Shown here: positions 47,297 through 58,237 of the stretch, in pieces
Layout: each line of letters begins with the position of its first letter
How positions within the stretch are numbered: the stretch's first letter is position 1
From: Acidiferrobacteraceae bacterium
Lineage (GTDB): Bacteria > Pseudomonadota > Gammaproteobacteria > Arenicellales > UBA868
DNA: 64,000 nucleotides
Direction of reading: 5' to 3'
NCBI GenBank assembly: GCA_002726415.1
Contig: PBSU01000024.1
Location: forward strand, 26,921-90,920
Program-made: the position numbers and the translations under genes
Notes under the pieces: model-generated
The model's input: only the letters and a program-made list of their open reading frames with translations
What the model was told of the DNA's origin: nothing
Databases searched by the model: none

Positions 47297-48121
47297 TCAT
47301 TTGCCTACCTTCTTGGATTTCCCCAAAACCTGCGCCAACAAGAACACTGTCGTGGTGATAAGAATCATTACAGTCGATATCGAGGCAATTGTCGGGTCTA
47401 TCTGGTCTCGCAGAGCAAGAAACATACTCCGGGTGATCGTTGACATGTCACCCCCTGATATAAACAACGCTACGATCACCTCGTCAAAAGAGACGATAAA
47501 CGCCAGAAGTGCGCCGGTAATAACTGAAAACCGAATCTGCGGCAAGGTCACCACCAGGAATGCTTTTATCCTTGATGCTCCCAGGCTTCGCGCTACCCGC
47601 TCCTGGTTCATGTCATAACTGCGCAGGCCTGCACTGATCACGATCAGTGCCATCGGCAACGCCAGTACGGAATGGGCCAGCACCAGGCCAAACATGGTGT
47701 TGTTCAGCTTCAATCGGGTGTAAGCAAAAAATACGCCAATCGCGATCAGCACAACTGGCACCATCATCGGTGTAATCAATAAAACAAAGACCAATCGGGC
47801 TGCTCGAATATTTGAAACATACAGGCCATAAGCCGCCATGGTCGCGATCGGTGTCGTAACGAGCACAGTCCAGAATGCAGCCTTAATTGAAACCCAGGTT
47901 GCAGTCATCCACTCGACGGAACCAAAGTAATTTTCATACCAGCGAACAGCCCAAACCCGCGGCGGAAACTCGAGATATTGTGATTCTGAAAAAGACATCG
48001 GAATCACAATAAGGGTGGGGATGATCAAAAAAGCGAGAACCAGGACGCCGACCGCATAGAGCCAAAGGCGGCCCCCATGGGTAATCTGGGTTTCAGAAGC
48101 GGGTCGTTGAAACCAGTTCAT
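47297..48121 (-). CDS. Polyamine-type ABC permease (PotC-like)
   Basis: VIPMSFS, ARSLGASR, SFDEV, IDPTIASIS. Confidence 0.88.
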   Translation of the reverse strand: MNWFQRPASETQITHGGRLWLYAVGVLVLAFLIIPTLIVIPMSFSESQYLEFPPRVWAVRWYENYFGSVEWMTATWVSIKAAFWTVLVTTPIATMAAYGLYVSNIRAARLVFVLLITPMMVPVVLIAIGVFFAYTRLKLNNTMFGLVLAHSVLALPMALIVISAGLRSYDMNQERVARSLGASRIKAFLVVTLPQIRFSVITGALLAFIVSFDEVIVALFISGGDMSTITRSMFLALRDQIDPTIASISTVMILITTTVFLLAQVLGKSKKVGK

Positions 48122-49023
48122 ACTCCATCTCCCGAGCCCAATACCTTGTCAAGGCTTACTAACTTGTGGGCGATAAAGAGAACGCCAAGGGTCAGCACTA
48201 GCAACACAACCCCTAATGCACTGGCAGTGCCAAAGTTAAAAAAGAGGTCAATCAGAGTTTCAATCTTCATCGAAACCATGATGACTTTGCCGCCACCGAG
48301 CACCGCAGGTGTAACAAAAAATCCCAGGCACAAGACAAACACCACCGTCATTCCTGCCAACAGACCCGGGAGCGACAAAGGGAAAAACACATACCAGAAC
48401 GCCTTGGTCGGATTTGCACCCAGATTCGCCGCGGCCTTGATATAGTCAAAGTCGATCGATCGCATTGATCCATACAACGGCAAAACCAGGAATGGAAGCA
48501 TGATATGCGCCATGCCAATCAAAGTCCCGTTGAGGTTATGCACCAGTCGCAGTGGGGTCTCCCACCAACCAAGCTCGATTCCCCATTGGTTAACCAATCC
48601 TTTTCTCTGGAGCACCACTAGCCAAGCGTATGTACGGACCAGCAGTGAGGTCCAGAACGGCAACAGAACGGCGATTAATCCCAGGGCAGCCCAGCGCCGG
48701 GAGATCTGGGAAAGGAAATACGCCAAGGGGTAGCCAATCAGAACACAGATCAGCGTCGTCAGAAAGCTAACATTAAAGGTCGTCTTGAATATCCGCAGGT
48801 ACGATTTGCTCTCAAGCATCCGGCTGTAGTTATAGGTCGAAAGAGCACCCGCATCATTAAACAGTGAGAGCCAGAACAACCAGCCAACGGGAACGACGAT
48901 CACCAGGAGCACAATCAGCAAGGCTGGGAATGACAACCCAAAAAGGAGTAATCGTTCCCGCTGCTCATCTTTTCGCAATGCCTTTGCATTCACACCGACT
49001 GACGATACCGATTGGGGTTTCAA
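48118..49023 (-). CDS. Polyamine-type ABC permease (PotB-like)
   Basis: GYPLAY, LPFWTSLLVRTYAW, LPFLVLPLY, AAANLGA, TPAVLGG. Confidence 0.88.
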   Translation of the reverse strand: MKPQSVSSVGVNAKALRKDEQRERLLLFGLSFPALLIVLLVIVVPVGWLFWLSLFNDAGALSTYNYSRMLESKSYLRIFKTTFNVSFLTTLICVLIGYPLAYFLSQISRRWAALGLIAVLLPFWTSLLVRTYAWLVVLQRKGLVNQWGIELGWWETPLRLVHNLNGTLIGMAHIMLPFLVLPLYGSMRSIDFDYIKAAANLGANPTKAFWYVFFPLSLPGLLAGMTVVFVLCLGFFVTPAVLGGGKVIMVSMKIETLIDLFFNFGTASALGVVLLVLTLGVLFIAHKLVSLDKVLGSGDGV

Positions 49024-50108
49024 TCCATTCCCCCTTCAGTTGATCCTTCGATCAACACAGTTTCATCGCGGTGAAGCCCTAAGGAGACCTGGTCACCTAC
49101 ATCCGGCGCAGCCGCGATCGAATGTCTTTGGCTGACGCTGCGCACCGCAACCTCATGTCCTCCCGCAAGCGTTATGTAGACGAGAAAACTTTCGCCCTGG
49201 TAAACCACTTCGCGCACTACGCCTGTAAACCGGTTGAACTCGGCCTTATCATCGTCATCAAGAAATATCAGCCGTTCCGGGCGTAGCAGAAGCAACTCGC
49301 CATCCGCGTTCCCTTGAGCCAGTTTCAGTGCAACCCCGCCAAAACTGGGCACTCCCCCATTCTGCTCTACCGGCAACAGGGTCGATTCGCCGATGAAGTT
49401 CGCGACAAAGGCATTGGCAGGCTGATCGTAGATCGCGCGTGGCTTATCGAGTTGCATCAGGCGCCCCTCGTTAATCACCGCTATCCGATCAGACATGGTC
49501 AAAGCTTCGCGTTGGTCATGGGTTACATAGACCGTTGTCATACCCAGTTTTTCATGCAGGTGGCGAAGTTCGATCTGCATCCGCTCGCGTAGTTTCTTGT
49601 CCAGAGCAGATAATGGTTCATCCATCAACAGAATGCGCGGATTAAAAACAATTGCCCGGGCAAGCGCTACCCGTTGTTTTTGACCACCGGATAACTGATC
49701 GACACCTCGCGCGCCATAACCTTCCAATTGAACTGTGGCGAGTGCCTCATCGACCCTGGGTCGAATCTGTTCTTTCGCTAACCCCCGTAATTTAAGAGGG
49801 AAACCAATGTTGGCAGCGACATCCATGTGCGGAAACAATGCATAGTTCTGGAACACCATGCCCACATCCCGCTTATGAGGCGGCATTCGGATGATCTCGC
49901 GCTCTCCAAAGCGCACACTACCGCAGTCAGGCCGATTGAACCCTGCCAGGACCATCAACAGGGTCGTTTTACCCGAGCCAGAGGGCCCAAGCAGTGTCAG
50001 GAATTCGCCGCTGTGAATATCAAGATCTACATCGTTCAGCGCATATACGCTGCCGTATGTTTTAGTAACGCCCTGAATCTTGATCGGCAGTGCTTTTTCT
50101 TGCCCCAT
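49020..50108 (-). CDS. Polyamine-type ABC ATP-binding protein (PotA-like)
   Basis: [41 protein letters not shown]-terminus. Confidence 0.9.
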   Translation of the reverse strand: MGQEKALPIKIQGVTKTYGSVYALNDVDLDIHSGEFLTLLGPSGSGKTTLLMVLAGFNRPDCGSVRFGEREIIRMPPHKRDVGMVFQNYALFPHMDVAANIGFPLKLRGLAKEQIRPRVDEALATVQLEGYGARGVDQLSGGQKQRVALARAIVFNPRILLMDEPLSALDKKLRERMQIELRHLHEKLGMTTVYVTHDQREALTMSDRIAVINEGRLMQLDKPRAIYDQPANAFVANFIGESTLLPVEQNGGVPSFGGVALKLAQGNADGELLLLRPERLIFLDDDDKAEFNRFTGVVREVVYQGESFLVYITLAGGHEVAVRSVSQRHSIAAAPDVGDQVSLGLHRDETVLIEGSTEGGMD

Positions 50109-50139
50109 TCGCTTTACCCATTATTGTCCGCGCAAATAA

Positions 50140-50171
50140 TGAAGGCGGCGTACTTCCGCACGCCGCCTTCA
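50140..50171 (-). terminator. Intercistronic stem-loop after the substrate-binding protein gene
   Basis: TGAAGGCGGCGT-N8-ACGCCGCCTTCA perfect 12-bp stem; position typical of structures that stabilise the SBP transcript. Confidence 0.7.
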
Positions 50172-50195
50172 AGAGGTTAATGACAATTAAAGGCC

Positions 50196-51254
50196 TTATT
50201 CCGTCATCATATCCTGATACATCTCAGAAGCTTTCTTCTCCCACTTTGCATACCACTCCTGGTTTACCGGAAGCATGCTCTTGGCATTATCCGGATGCGA
50301 CGGCAGGTTCTTAGAAAGTGCCGCGTCAATTTTCCCGGTCTTATACGCATCGCTGTTGGTGGGGCCATAAGTGATGTATTGCGGGATATTGGCCTGATGT
50401 TCGGCTTTGCTCATCTCGGCGATCACCTTCATGGCCAATTCTGCGTTCGGCGCACCCTTGGGGATCGCGAAACAATCGTAGTCCTGCAGTGCACCGTTAT
50501 AAGTGTAGGCCACTTTCGCACCATCGGCCTTGGCCACGTCGAAACGACCATTCCAGCCGGTGGCCATATCCACTTCACCGTCTTTCATCAACTGGGCGTG
50601 CTGCGCACCCGAACCCCACCACACTGCTACGTGAGGCTTGAGCTCGCGGATCTTATCGAGTGCCCGGTTAATGCCTGCTTCGCTATCGAGAACGTTGTAC
50701 ACCTCACCGATCGGTACGCCATCGGCCATAAGTGCCGGCTCCAGCATGCCGTGCATTTTTCCCCGGATAGACCGGGTTCCAGGAAACTTGTCGACATCCC
50801 AGAAATCTGCCCAGCTTTTGGGCCCATTCATACCGTAGGTTTCGGTATTCCACGCCGGCACTGTTGCAAAAACAATCGTACCCACGCAGCAGGACAAGTA
50901 GGTATCTGTGACAAAGTTAGAGACATCGATCATGTTGTAATCAAGATCGATCAGGATATCCTCGGCGCAACCCCGGGCGCCACCACCGGAACCGGTATCA
51001 ATAATGTCCCAAGGAACTGCACCAGCCGCAACCTTAGTACGGACCTGGCCAATCCCCTTGTAGGATTCCTCCCGGATTGTGATCCCCATCGCCTCTGCGA
51101 CTGGCTGGAACAGCGCTTTACTTTGCGCAGCCTGATAGGAGCCGCCCCAGGATGCCACGGTCACTTCGCCACCGGCCAGAACTGATTGACCCGCAGCCGC
51201 AATACCGAGCGCCAAAATACCGCTACACGCCTTCCGAATAATCTGATGTTTCAT
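50196..51254 (-). CDS. Polyamine-type ABC substrate-binding protein (PotD/PotF-like)
   Basis: Strong RBS before ATG 51254; signal peptide; SWGGSYQ, PKSWADFWD..KFPG, WNGR, AIPKGA. Confidence 0.88.
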   Translation of the reverse strand: MKHQIIRKACSGILALGIAAAGQSVLAGGEVTVASWGGSYQAAQSKALFQPVAEAMGITIREESYKGIGQVRTKVAAGAVPWDIIDTGSGGGARGCAEDILIDLDYNMIDVSNFVTDTYLSCCVGTIVFATVPAWNTETYGMNGPKSWADFWDVDKFPGTRSIRGKMHGMLEPALMADGVPIGEVYNVLDSEAGINRALDKIRELKPHVAVWWGSGAQHAQLMKDGEVDMATGWNGRFDVAKADGAKVAYTYNGALQDYDCFAIPKGAPNAELAMKVIAEMSKAEHQANIPQYITYGPTNSDAYKTGKIDAALSKNLPSHPDNAKSMLPVNQEWYAKWEKKASEMYQDMMTE

Positions 51255-51513
51255 TTCCTTCTCCTCTTGTTTTCTAATTGAAATCGCACCCACTTGGCAG
51301 GCCGGTTTTCATACACCTTGAAAACAGCCAGCCTGATACCGCAATACACCGACCCATAATACACGGTAATGGAATCGATATCATCAACACAGAGATACCA
51401 CTATCACCACCGGCATCGCGCCACAAAAGGGAGCCCCACCATTATCATGGTGGTATCTATCTCTCGATCGGACTGGGCAATGACCCACAACCCCAACCGA
51501 TCGGGTTGAAGTG

Positions 51514-52827
51514 CTAGATACCCAGTCGATCCAGCAGGCCGTACCAACCCACCGATGCAGAAAGAAACCACGGCTTGCCATAATAAAGTGGCCGTGTTCG
51601 AAAGGGCAGGTTCGACAGGATACTGCGCCCTTCTTCCAGGCCGAGCACCTGTTGACCCAATCGGGTTCCAAAATAACTGGCCAACGCAACCCCCGACCCG
51701 CAGTACCCCATGGCATACCAGACGCCATCGTGTCGCCCCAGATGGGGCATATGCTGAAAAGTCCAGCCAACGAAACCCATCCAGGAGTGAGTTATGCCGA
51801 CCTGGCCTAATTGCGGAAAAATCGCTGTCATGTGTTTATGAAGCCGCGGCCCCGAAACCCGGGGATCAGTCTCGTTCAGTGAAACCCGTCCCCCGAACAG
51901 AACCCGACGCCCATCCGGAGACGTTCGGTAGTAAACAACGATTCGACGGGTATCGACGATCATCCGATCGCCGGGTATAAGAGCCCGCCCCGCATCGTGC
52001 CCCAGGTCCTCTGTGGCCAACATATAAGTGCCAATCGGAAATACCCTGCGCTGTTGCCAGGGAGTAAGCCCAGACGTATAGCCACTGGTTGCGATGACGA
52101 CATCTTCGGCACGAATCGGGCCCCGACTGGTCTCGACCACAAACCCCGCGCCATCACGGGCCCGGCGTAACGCAGTTGCCGATACACCACCCACCACCGC
52201 AACCCCACTCTCCAGCGCGCGGTCCAGAATGCCCTGATGGTAGGCGGCAGGGTCAACACTGGCATGACGCGGTTCCACCAACCCTCCGTGGTAGAAATCG
52301 GTTGCGATTTCACTTTGTTGCTCAGCCCGGGGCACCAGAAAAGCCTCCGTCTCAAGGTCCACCGGCTGAGTTTCGAGCTTGCGCGCCAGTTTGTCGTACT
52401 GTGCCGGCGTGTGGGCACCATAAAATCGCCCGCAAACCCGGTAATCACAATCGATTTGCTCCTGGGCAATAAAGTCACCGATCCACGACAGTGCGCGTTG
52501 GCCTTCCCGATGCACTTCCATGGCGGTCGTGGCCCCATGGGCTTTTTCGAGCTCGGCAAAATCGGGCTTAATGCCGGTGGACACCTGCCCGCCATTTCGG
52601 GAACTACAGCCCCAGCCCGGCTCATGGGTATCAATCACCAGTGTGCTGCGTCCACCCCGCGCTGTCTGGAGCGCAGCACAAAGACCGGTATAGCCCGAAC
52701 CCACTACCAGCACATCTACCGAAGCAGGCAGATCGGTCGGAGACTCTGGCGCCCGCGGGGTACGCTCCCACCAGTAAGGCGACTCTTTAAAACCAGGCGT
52801 AAGCAAACCAGAGTGATCACTCGCCAT
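51514..52827 (-). CDS. FAD-dependent oxidoreductase (PuuB/OrdL-like, DAO family)
   Basis: VVGSGYTGL, GCSSRNGG, MPHLG, GYCGSGV. Confidence 0.8.
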   Translation of the reverse strand: MASDHSGLLTPGFKESPYWWERTPRAPESPTDLPASVDVLVVGSGYTGLCAALQTARGGRSTLVIDTHEPGWGCSSRNGGQVSTGIKPDFAELEKAHGATTAMEVHREGQRALSWIGDFIAQEQIDCDYRVCGRFYGAHTPAQYDKLARKLETQPVDLETEAFLVPRAEQQSEIATDFYHGGLVEPRHASVDPAAYHQGILDRALESGVAVVGGVSATALRRARDGAGFVVETSRGPIRAEDVVIATSGYTSGLTPWQQRRVFPIGTYMLATEDLGHDAGRALIPGDRMIVDTRRIVVYYRTSPDGRRVLFGGRVSLNETDPRVSGPRLHKHMTAIFPQLGQVGITHSWMGFVGWTFQHMPHLGRHDGVWYAMGYCGSGVALASYFGTRLGQQVLGLEEGRSILSNLPFRTRPLYYGKPWFLSASVGWYGLLDRLGI

Positions 52828-52838
52828 AAAGGATAACC

Positions 52839-53966
52839 TCAGTGGGATAACTCGCTGACCTGATAGATCGCACCGGCCAGCCAGTCAGGATGAATTTCAA
52901 CACCCCAGCCAGGATTATCACTCACCGTAACCTGGCCTTCGCTGACGGTATAAGGGGATTCCACAAAAAGGTTCTCCTGCCAGGGGTAGTACTCAGGGCC
53001 TTCAATCGAGAACTCCAGGTATTTTCCGGCATTCGGGATTGCACGCAGCAGGTGCATTGTGAAAAGCGTCACCATTGAGAGATTGGCACAGTGCGGGGTG
53101 CAGGCCAATCCCTTCGACGCTGCCATCTCGGCCACTTTGATCGCCCGGAGCATGCCGCCAACGTAACACACATCTGGCTGTACGATATCCACTGCCGGCA
53201 TCTCAATCATTCGCCGCCATGTTGCAAGATCACAATCTTGCTCTCCCCCGGTTACGTCCAGGGACAACGCCTGAGTCACCTGTTGGGTCTGTTCCAGTTC
53301 CCAGTAAAGGCAGGGCTCCTCGAAATGCTCGACCCCTTCATCCTCGAGCAGTCGACCCAACTCGATCGCACGATCTGGCGAAAACCCCCCATTGCCATCC
53401 ACCAGTAGTGACACCTCAGGCCCCAATGCACGCCGCACGCTGGGCACAATCTCTTCACTGCGCCCCGGCCACTCGTCCACGTCATGGCCACACTCTGCGC
53501 CGACTCGAAACTTAAACGCGTCGAAACCGAACTGTTGGCGCAATGCCGCCAGGCGTTGCGCTTCGACCTGGGCCGTGATATCCCGACGCATACTGGACCC
53601 ATAGACACGCAACCGGCCAGGTGTACCGCCAAGTAACTCGCACACACTCTTTTGCTGTATTTTCCCGGAACGATCCCATAAGGCGGTCTCAACACCCCCA
53701 AGCGCACGGCGCAGATAAGAGCCGGGAAACTTGTGCTCCCGCTCGGGGACGGCGCTGACCAGGGACGCGATGTCATCTGCTGATTCTCCCAGAGCCCACG
53801 GCGCCACCTGCCGATGCACAACCTGTGCACTGATATCTGCGTTATACGGGGAGACCTGGCCCCAACCGAGTGTTCCGTCACTGGCACTGACCCGGACAAA
53901 AGCAACGGCCTCGCGACTGAAGGTCTCTATGCGGCTGATCACCGGTCCGAGTTTTTCAACGCCCAT
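52839..53966 (-). CDS. Mandelate racemase/muconate lactonizing enzyme (enolase superfamily) protein
   Basis: GWGQ, ETALWD, FKFRVG, metal ligands VDGN / FEEP / GGEQ, QPDV, PHC. Confidence 0.88.
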   Translation of the reverse strand: MGVEKLGPVISRIETFSREAVAFVRVSASDGTLGWGQVSPYNADISAQVVHRQVAPWALGESADDIASLVSAVPEREHKFPGSYLRRALGGVETALWDRSGKIQQKSVCELLGGTPGRLRVYGSSMRRDITAQVEAQRLAALRQQFGFDAFKFRVGAECGHDVDEWPGRSEEIVPSVRRALGPEVSLLVDGNGGFSPDRAIELGRLLEDEGVEHFEEPCLYWELEQTQQVTQALSLDVTGGEQDCDLATWRRMIEMPAVDIVQPDVCYVGGMLRAIKVAEMAASKGLACTPHCANLSMVTLFTMHLLRAIPNAGKYLEFSIEGPEYYPWQENLFVESPYTVSEGQVTVSDNPGWGVEIHPDWLAGAIYQVSELSH

Positions 53967-54126
53967 GTTTCTCACCCCAAAAGTTTCGAGCTGATATCTT
54001 ATCCGCCCAGCCCTTTGCCGCTATCCTGAGCTAGCCTGGAGAACAAGGCCCCGCGCCCGGCCCGAGCCAGCGTGCAATCTAACCGAGTTTAAACACGCTC
54101 TACAATACCGGGCTTACCTTCCTCAG

Positions 54127-55512
54127 TTGTGTGCAACTTCTTGTTCGGTCGCGACGCAAGGCACCGGGTTTGGGCGACACACCGATCGGAGTCTGATCCT
54201 TTTGAAAGAAACTGTCCGTCAACCTGCGCAGCACAAGGTCGCCGGCATTCTTTTGCTGGTGATGATCCTGGCGACCACGCTTGCCGGCCTGGGGCTGGGA
54301 GACTTCCTCTGGCTTTCCGGGGGGTGTGCGTTAACTGCCCTCGCACTGTTGTGGTCGCGCATGCGGCGAGTTCAGCGCATTCAGTGTTTTATTTTTTTGG
54401 GTGTGGGGCTGCTGACCTTGATCTGGGCCTGGCTCGCGGGCTATCGCGAAATCCCAGTGCTGCAACTGATGACGCAAAATCATCTGCTGATCAGCCTGTT
54501 ATCTGCAGTCAGTTTTCTACGGCTGATTACCGATGCCAGCAAGGAAGACCACAATACGGTGCAACTGGGTTTTCGTGCCTTCCTGAAAACACTCGCCGGG
54601 CTGCACCTTTTTGCATCGGTGATCAATCTCTCGGCGCTGATCATTTTTGGGGACCGCCTCTCCCGCCACGGTCGACTTGAGCGCACTGCCGCGACTTCGA
54701 TCCAACGCAGCTTTTCATTGGCTTCCCTATGGTCACCTTTCTTTGCGGCGATGGGCACCTGCCTGCTCTATGCGCCGGGTGCCCGACTGGCTGATTTATG
54801 GGGCCTGTCTGTGCCGTTATGCCTGTTCGGATTTGCCTTTACCCTCGCTGAACACCGGTTTCGCCGCGGGGGGGATTTAGAGGCTTTTGAAGGCTACCCG
54901 GTGAATTTTCGTGCACTTTGGGTCCCCTTGATTATGGTGATCTGTGTGCTGCTGGCGCACCGGGCACTTCCGAGCGTTTCTGTGCTGGTGCTGGTATCAG
55001 CACTGTCCCTTGTGGTCACCACCGCGGTACTGGCGTGGCGCCAATCACTTTCTCGATCTCTTAGTACCATTCGTGATTTCAGCTGCAATCGTCTACCGGA
55101 TATGTACGGTGAGCTGGCGTTGTTCTTGTGTGCCGGGATAATGGCAACCGGCCTTTCGGTGCTGGTATCTCAGACTGCACCGGAGCTAGGTATCGATGCG
55201 TTCACGTCCGGCGCGGCCATTGCAGTACTGGCCATACTGCTTACGCTCGCTATTATTGGGGTGCACGCCCTGATCAGTATCGTGGCGACGTCCGCAATAC
55301 TGGCCCCACTTAACCCCGACCCCATACTGCTTGCGCTGGTGTTTATCGTCACCTGGTCAGTCGGAGCCACCGGCGGGCCAATATCAGGCCTGAATCTGGC
55401 AATGCAAAGCCGTTATAACGTTAAGGCCTGGGAGTGCTTCACCTGGAATATTGCCTATACCCTGGCCATGTTTACCGGCACCAGCGTCCTGATTCTCGCC
55501 GCCTTTGCCTGA
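54127..55512 (+). CDS. Polytopic membrane protein, probable secondary transporter of unknown family
   Basis: About 12 hydrophobic segments; RSFSLASLWSPFFAAM motif. True start probably downstream of 54127. Confidence 0.65.
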   Translation: MCATSCSVATQGTGFGRHTDRSLILLKETVRQPAQHKVAGILLLVMILATTLAGLGLGDFLWLSGGCALTALALLWSRMRRVQRIQCFIFLGVGLLTLIWAWLAGYREIPVLQLMTQNHLLISLLSAVSFLRLITDASKEDHNTVQLGFRAFLKTLAGLHLFASVINLSALIIFGDRLSRHGRLERTAATSIQRSFSLASLWSPFFAAMGTCLLYAPGARLADLWGLSVPLCLFGFAFTLAEHRFRRGGDLEAFEGYPVNFRALWVPLIMVICVLLAHRALPSVSVLVLVSALSLVVTTAVLAWRQSLSRSLSTIRDFSCNRLPDMYGELALFLCAGIMATGLSVLVSQTAPELGIDAFTSGAAIAVLAILLTLAIIGVHALISIVATSAILAPLNPDPILLALVFIVTWSVGATGGPISGLNLAMQSRYNVKAWECFTWNIAYTLAMFTGTSVLILAAFA

Positions 55513-55529
55513 GTTGTTTTCGCAACCCG

Positions 55530-56885
55530 TTATTCGGGGGCAAGATACCAGCGGTACTCAAGCGGTGTGAACTCCCGAGCAAAAGCATCATGCTCAAACT
55601 GCTTGCACTCACGGTACAACGCGAGGTACTCCTCCCCGAGGTACTGACTCAGACCCGTTCCGGGCAAAAGCTGATCCAGAGATTTCTGCCACGTGAACGG
55701 CACAGTCGGATCGAGACACGCGCCGGCATTATCCGTGCGCGGTGGTGGTGGCTCGAGTTTTTGGCTGATCCCATGGTGAATGCCCGCGAGCACGGCTGCC
55801 AGAGTCAGATACGGATTGGCATCAGCACCCGCCATACGATGTTCTATACGCCTCGCTGCGTTTGGGCCGGCGGGAATCCGAACGGCTACCGATCGATTGT
55901 TATAACCCCAGGTAGGCCCGGTAGGCACATAAAGATTGGGGGCAAACCGCCGGAAAGAATTGACGTTGGGAGCAAAAATCGCCATCGACTCACCCAGTAA
56001 TGCCAACAGCCCAGCGATACTTTGACGCAACTGAGCACTTCCCTGATCCGTGCCATCGTCGAAAATATTTTGCCCGGCATCGTTCAGTACACTGACGTGG
56101 GCATGCAGACCATTACCTGCATCTTCCGGATAGGGCTTAGCCATAAAGGTTGCAGTAGCGTTATGTCGACGCGCTAAACCCTTTACGGCGCGCTGGAGCA
56201 AAATCGAATGATCAGCCGCCAGCAATGGATCATCTACGTGCTCAAGATTAATCTCATATTGGCCCGGAGCATACTCTGCTGTGGTTGCCCCAATGGGAAC
56301 CCCCTGAGTGCGGCAGACGCTTTCGACTTCACAGAGAAACTCAGTGAAGCCGTCGAGATCGGCAAGACTGTATACCTGAGTGCCTGAAACCTTCCGGCCA
56401 GTGTCAGGCAACACCGGTAGGCGTGGAATGCCATCCTGCGCGCTCTTTCCATCCAGGAGATAAAACTCCAGCTCAAGGGCCACAACCGGGTGATATCCTG
56501 ATTCTCGTAACCGTGCAACAACCCCGGCGAGAACATGTCGGGGATCGACTGGGCAAGGCGTGTTGTCCAGTTCATAGAGGCTGCCCAATACCTGGGCAGC
56601 ACCTGCTGGAGCCCAGGGCACTGCAGCCAGTGAACCCGGAACCGCGCGCACTTTAACGTCTGGATCACCATCGGAGAACCCTCGACCCCCCGCATCGGTC
56701 CCGTTGCCGTTGACATCTGCAAGATAGATAGAACTGGGAATCTGTAATCCCTCAGCAAATAACTTATCTACCTGGTCACGCCCGACCCGCTTGCCGCGCA
56801 CAATATTACAAAGATCCGGCAACAAAACATCGACAAACTTGAGCTCGGGGTAATCTCTGAGAAACTGTGCTAACTCTTTGCTCAT
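55530..56885 (-). CDS. Glutamine synthetase-family gamma-glutamyl-amine ligase (PuuA-like)
   Basis: RGKR, ELEFYL, EYAPGQYEINL, FMAKP, GNGLHAH, WGYNNRSVAVRIP, EHRMAGADANPY. Confidence 0.88.
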   Translation of the reverse strand: MSKELAQFLRDYPELKFVDVLLPDLCNIVRGKRVGRDQVDKLFAEGLQIPSSIYLADVNGNGTDAGGRGFSDGDPDVKVRAVPGSLAAVPWAPAGAAQVLGSLYELDNTPCPVDPRHVLAGVVARLRESGYHPVVALELEFYLLDGKSAQDGIPRLPVLPDTGRKVSGTQVYSLADLDGFTEFLCEVESVCRTQGVPIGATTAEYAPGQYEINLEHVDDPLLAADHSILLQRAVKGLARRHNATATFMAKPYPEDAGNGLHAHVSVLNDAGQNIFDDGTDQGSAQLRQSIAGLLALLGESMAIFAPNVNSFRRFAPNLYVPTGPTWGYNNRSVAVRIPAGPNAARRIEHRMAGADANPYLTLAAVLAGIHHGISQKLEPPPPRTDNAGACLDPTVPFTWQKSLDQLLPGTGLSQYLGEEYLALYRECKQFEHDAFAREFTPLEYRWYLAPE

Positions 56886-56935
56886 GCCTAAACGATTATC
56901 CTTTTTCGCACGCCGCCATCAAACCTCCGACGCGT

Positions 56936-58237
56936 TCATCTGCTTTCAAATTGTGCGCCTTTAGTTTCCCGGGTCAAGGCAATACTGATCAAAGCGATAA
57001 CCAGCCACGCCAGCATCAGGGAAAAACCAATGCGATAACTTGCGAAGGCATACATACGCATCCCATCTGAGCTAGCGGTACCATCCCACAATCGATCAAG
57101 CAGCCAGCCCACTAACGGCTGTAACAGCATAGGGCCAAACATCACCCCCATATTCACCACTCCTGAAACCGTGCCTGCCAGCGCAATAGGAACCGACTCT
57201 TTTGCCTGGGTAAAGCCCAGAATCATTCCGCCAGAGAAAAACCCGGCGCACAGAAGGCTTCCGATCAAAAGCCACAATGGCAGGCCCGGAACCAGCAGGA
57301 CGATACTCCAGCTAGCCAGGACCAGTGCTGTACCTACAAGATAGGGTGCCCGGCGTCGCGCGAGCTTTTCAGAAACCATCCCAAATAACGGCCCACTGAG
57401 GGCCATAGCCAACATCACCGCAGAACATAACATCGCGGCGACCGAAGGAGACAGCCGATAGGTATCGGTAAGGAAAGGCATCCCCCACAGGCCCGAAAAA
57501 GTCAGCACGGAACCGACAATACCCCCGGGAGCAATGGACAGCAGCCAAGTATTGCGATACGCGAATACCGCCCGTAGCTTCTGCCATTCGGCGTTCGCAT
57601 GCCCGCTGGAGGTGCTCGGCTCAACGTAACTTTTATAGCCCCGTTCGGTCGGGTCATCGCGCACAGCCAGCCAAACGGCCAGCCCCAACAGCAATCCAAT
57701 TCCGGCCGCGACCCCCGTCACAGTTCGCCATCCGAACTGCTCGCTCGCGGACTGCAGCGGGACCCCCGCGAATACTGCCCCGGTCATCCCCGCAATCAGC
57801 AACGAACTGGCAGCTAACGAAAACTGTCTTGCGGGCAGCCAGTGCGTAGCAAGTTTGAGCGTACAGACAAACGCAACTGAGACAGATCCGCCGATCAGGA
57901 ACCGTCCGATTCCGGCCCAGACAAGATTGGGTGCGAGCGCAAAAACCAGGGCTCCCACCGTGCTCGCCAACAAACCGGCCACCAGCAGGCGTCGGGGGCC
58001 AAAACGGTCCGCCAGCAACCCGGTGGGTACCTGCATAGCGACATAAGAATAAAAGTAAAGCGCCGACAGGCTGCCGAGCGTTGCCGCACTCAAGCCAAAA
58101 TCGAGACTAAGTTCGCGGTGGAGGACGGCCGGCGCGACTCGGTGGAAAAAGCCCAGCAGGAAAAAACCGGCCCCCATACCACAGATGGCCCAGGCCATCG
58201 TAGGCGGCGCATAGCATGAGCGGGTTGGCACACTCAC
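56936..58237 (-). CDS. MFS transporter
   Basis: FFHRVAP, MQVPTGLLADRFGPRR, about 12 TM segments. Confidence 0.88.
   Translation of the reverse strand: MSVPTRSCYAPPTMAWAICGMGAGFFLLGFFHRVAPAVLHRELSLDFGLSAATLGSLSALYFYSYVAMQVPTGLLADRFGPRRLLVAGLLASTVGALVFALAPNLVWAGIGRFLIGGSVSVAFVCTLKLATHWLPARQFSLAASSLLIAGMTGAVFAGVPLQSASEQFGWRTVTGVAAGIGLLLGLAVWLAVRDDPTERGYKSYVEPSTSSGHANAEWQKLRAVFAYRNTWLLSIAPGGIVGSVLTFSGLWGMPFLTDTYRLSPSVAAMLCSAVMLAMALSGPLFGMVSEKLARRRAPYLVGTALVLASWSIVLLVPGLPLWLLIGSLLCAGFFSGGMILGFTQAKESVPIALAGTVSGVVNMGVMFGPMLLQPLVGWLLDRLWDGTASSDGMRMYAFASYRIGFSLMLAWLVIALISIALTRETKGAQFESR

Noticed and set aside
50295-51185. 296-aa plus-strand ORF
   Set aside because: Antisense shadow of the SBP gene; no recognisable motifs.
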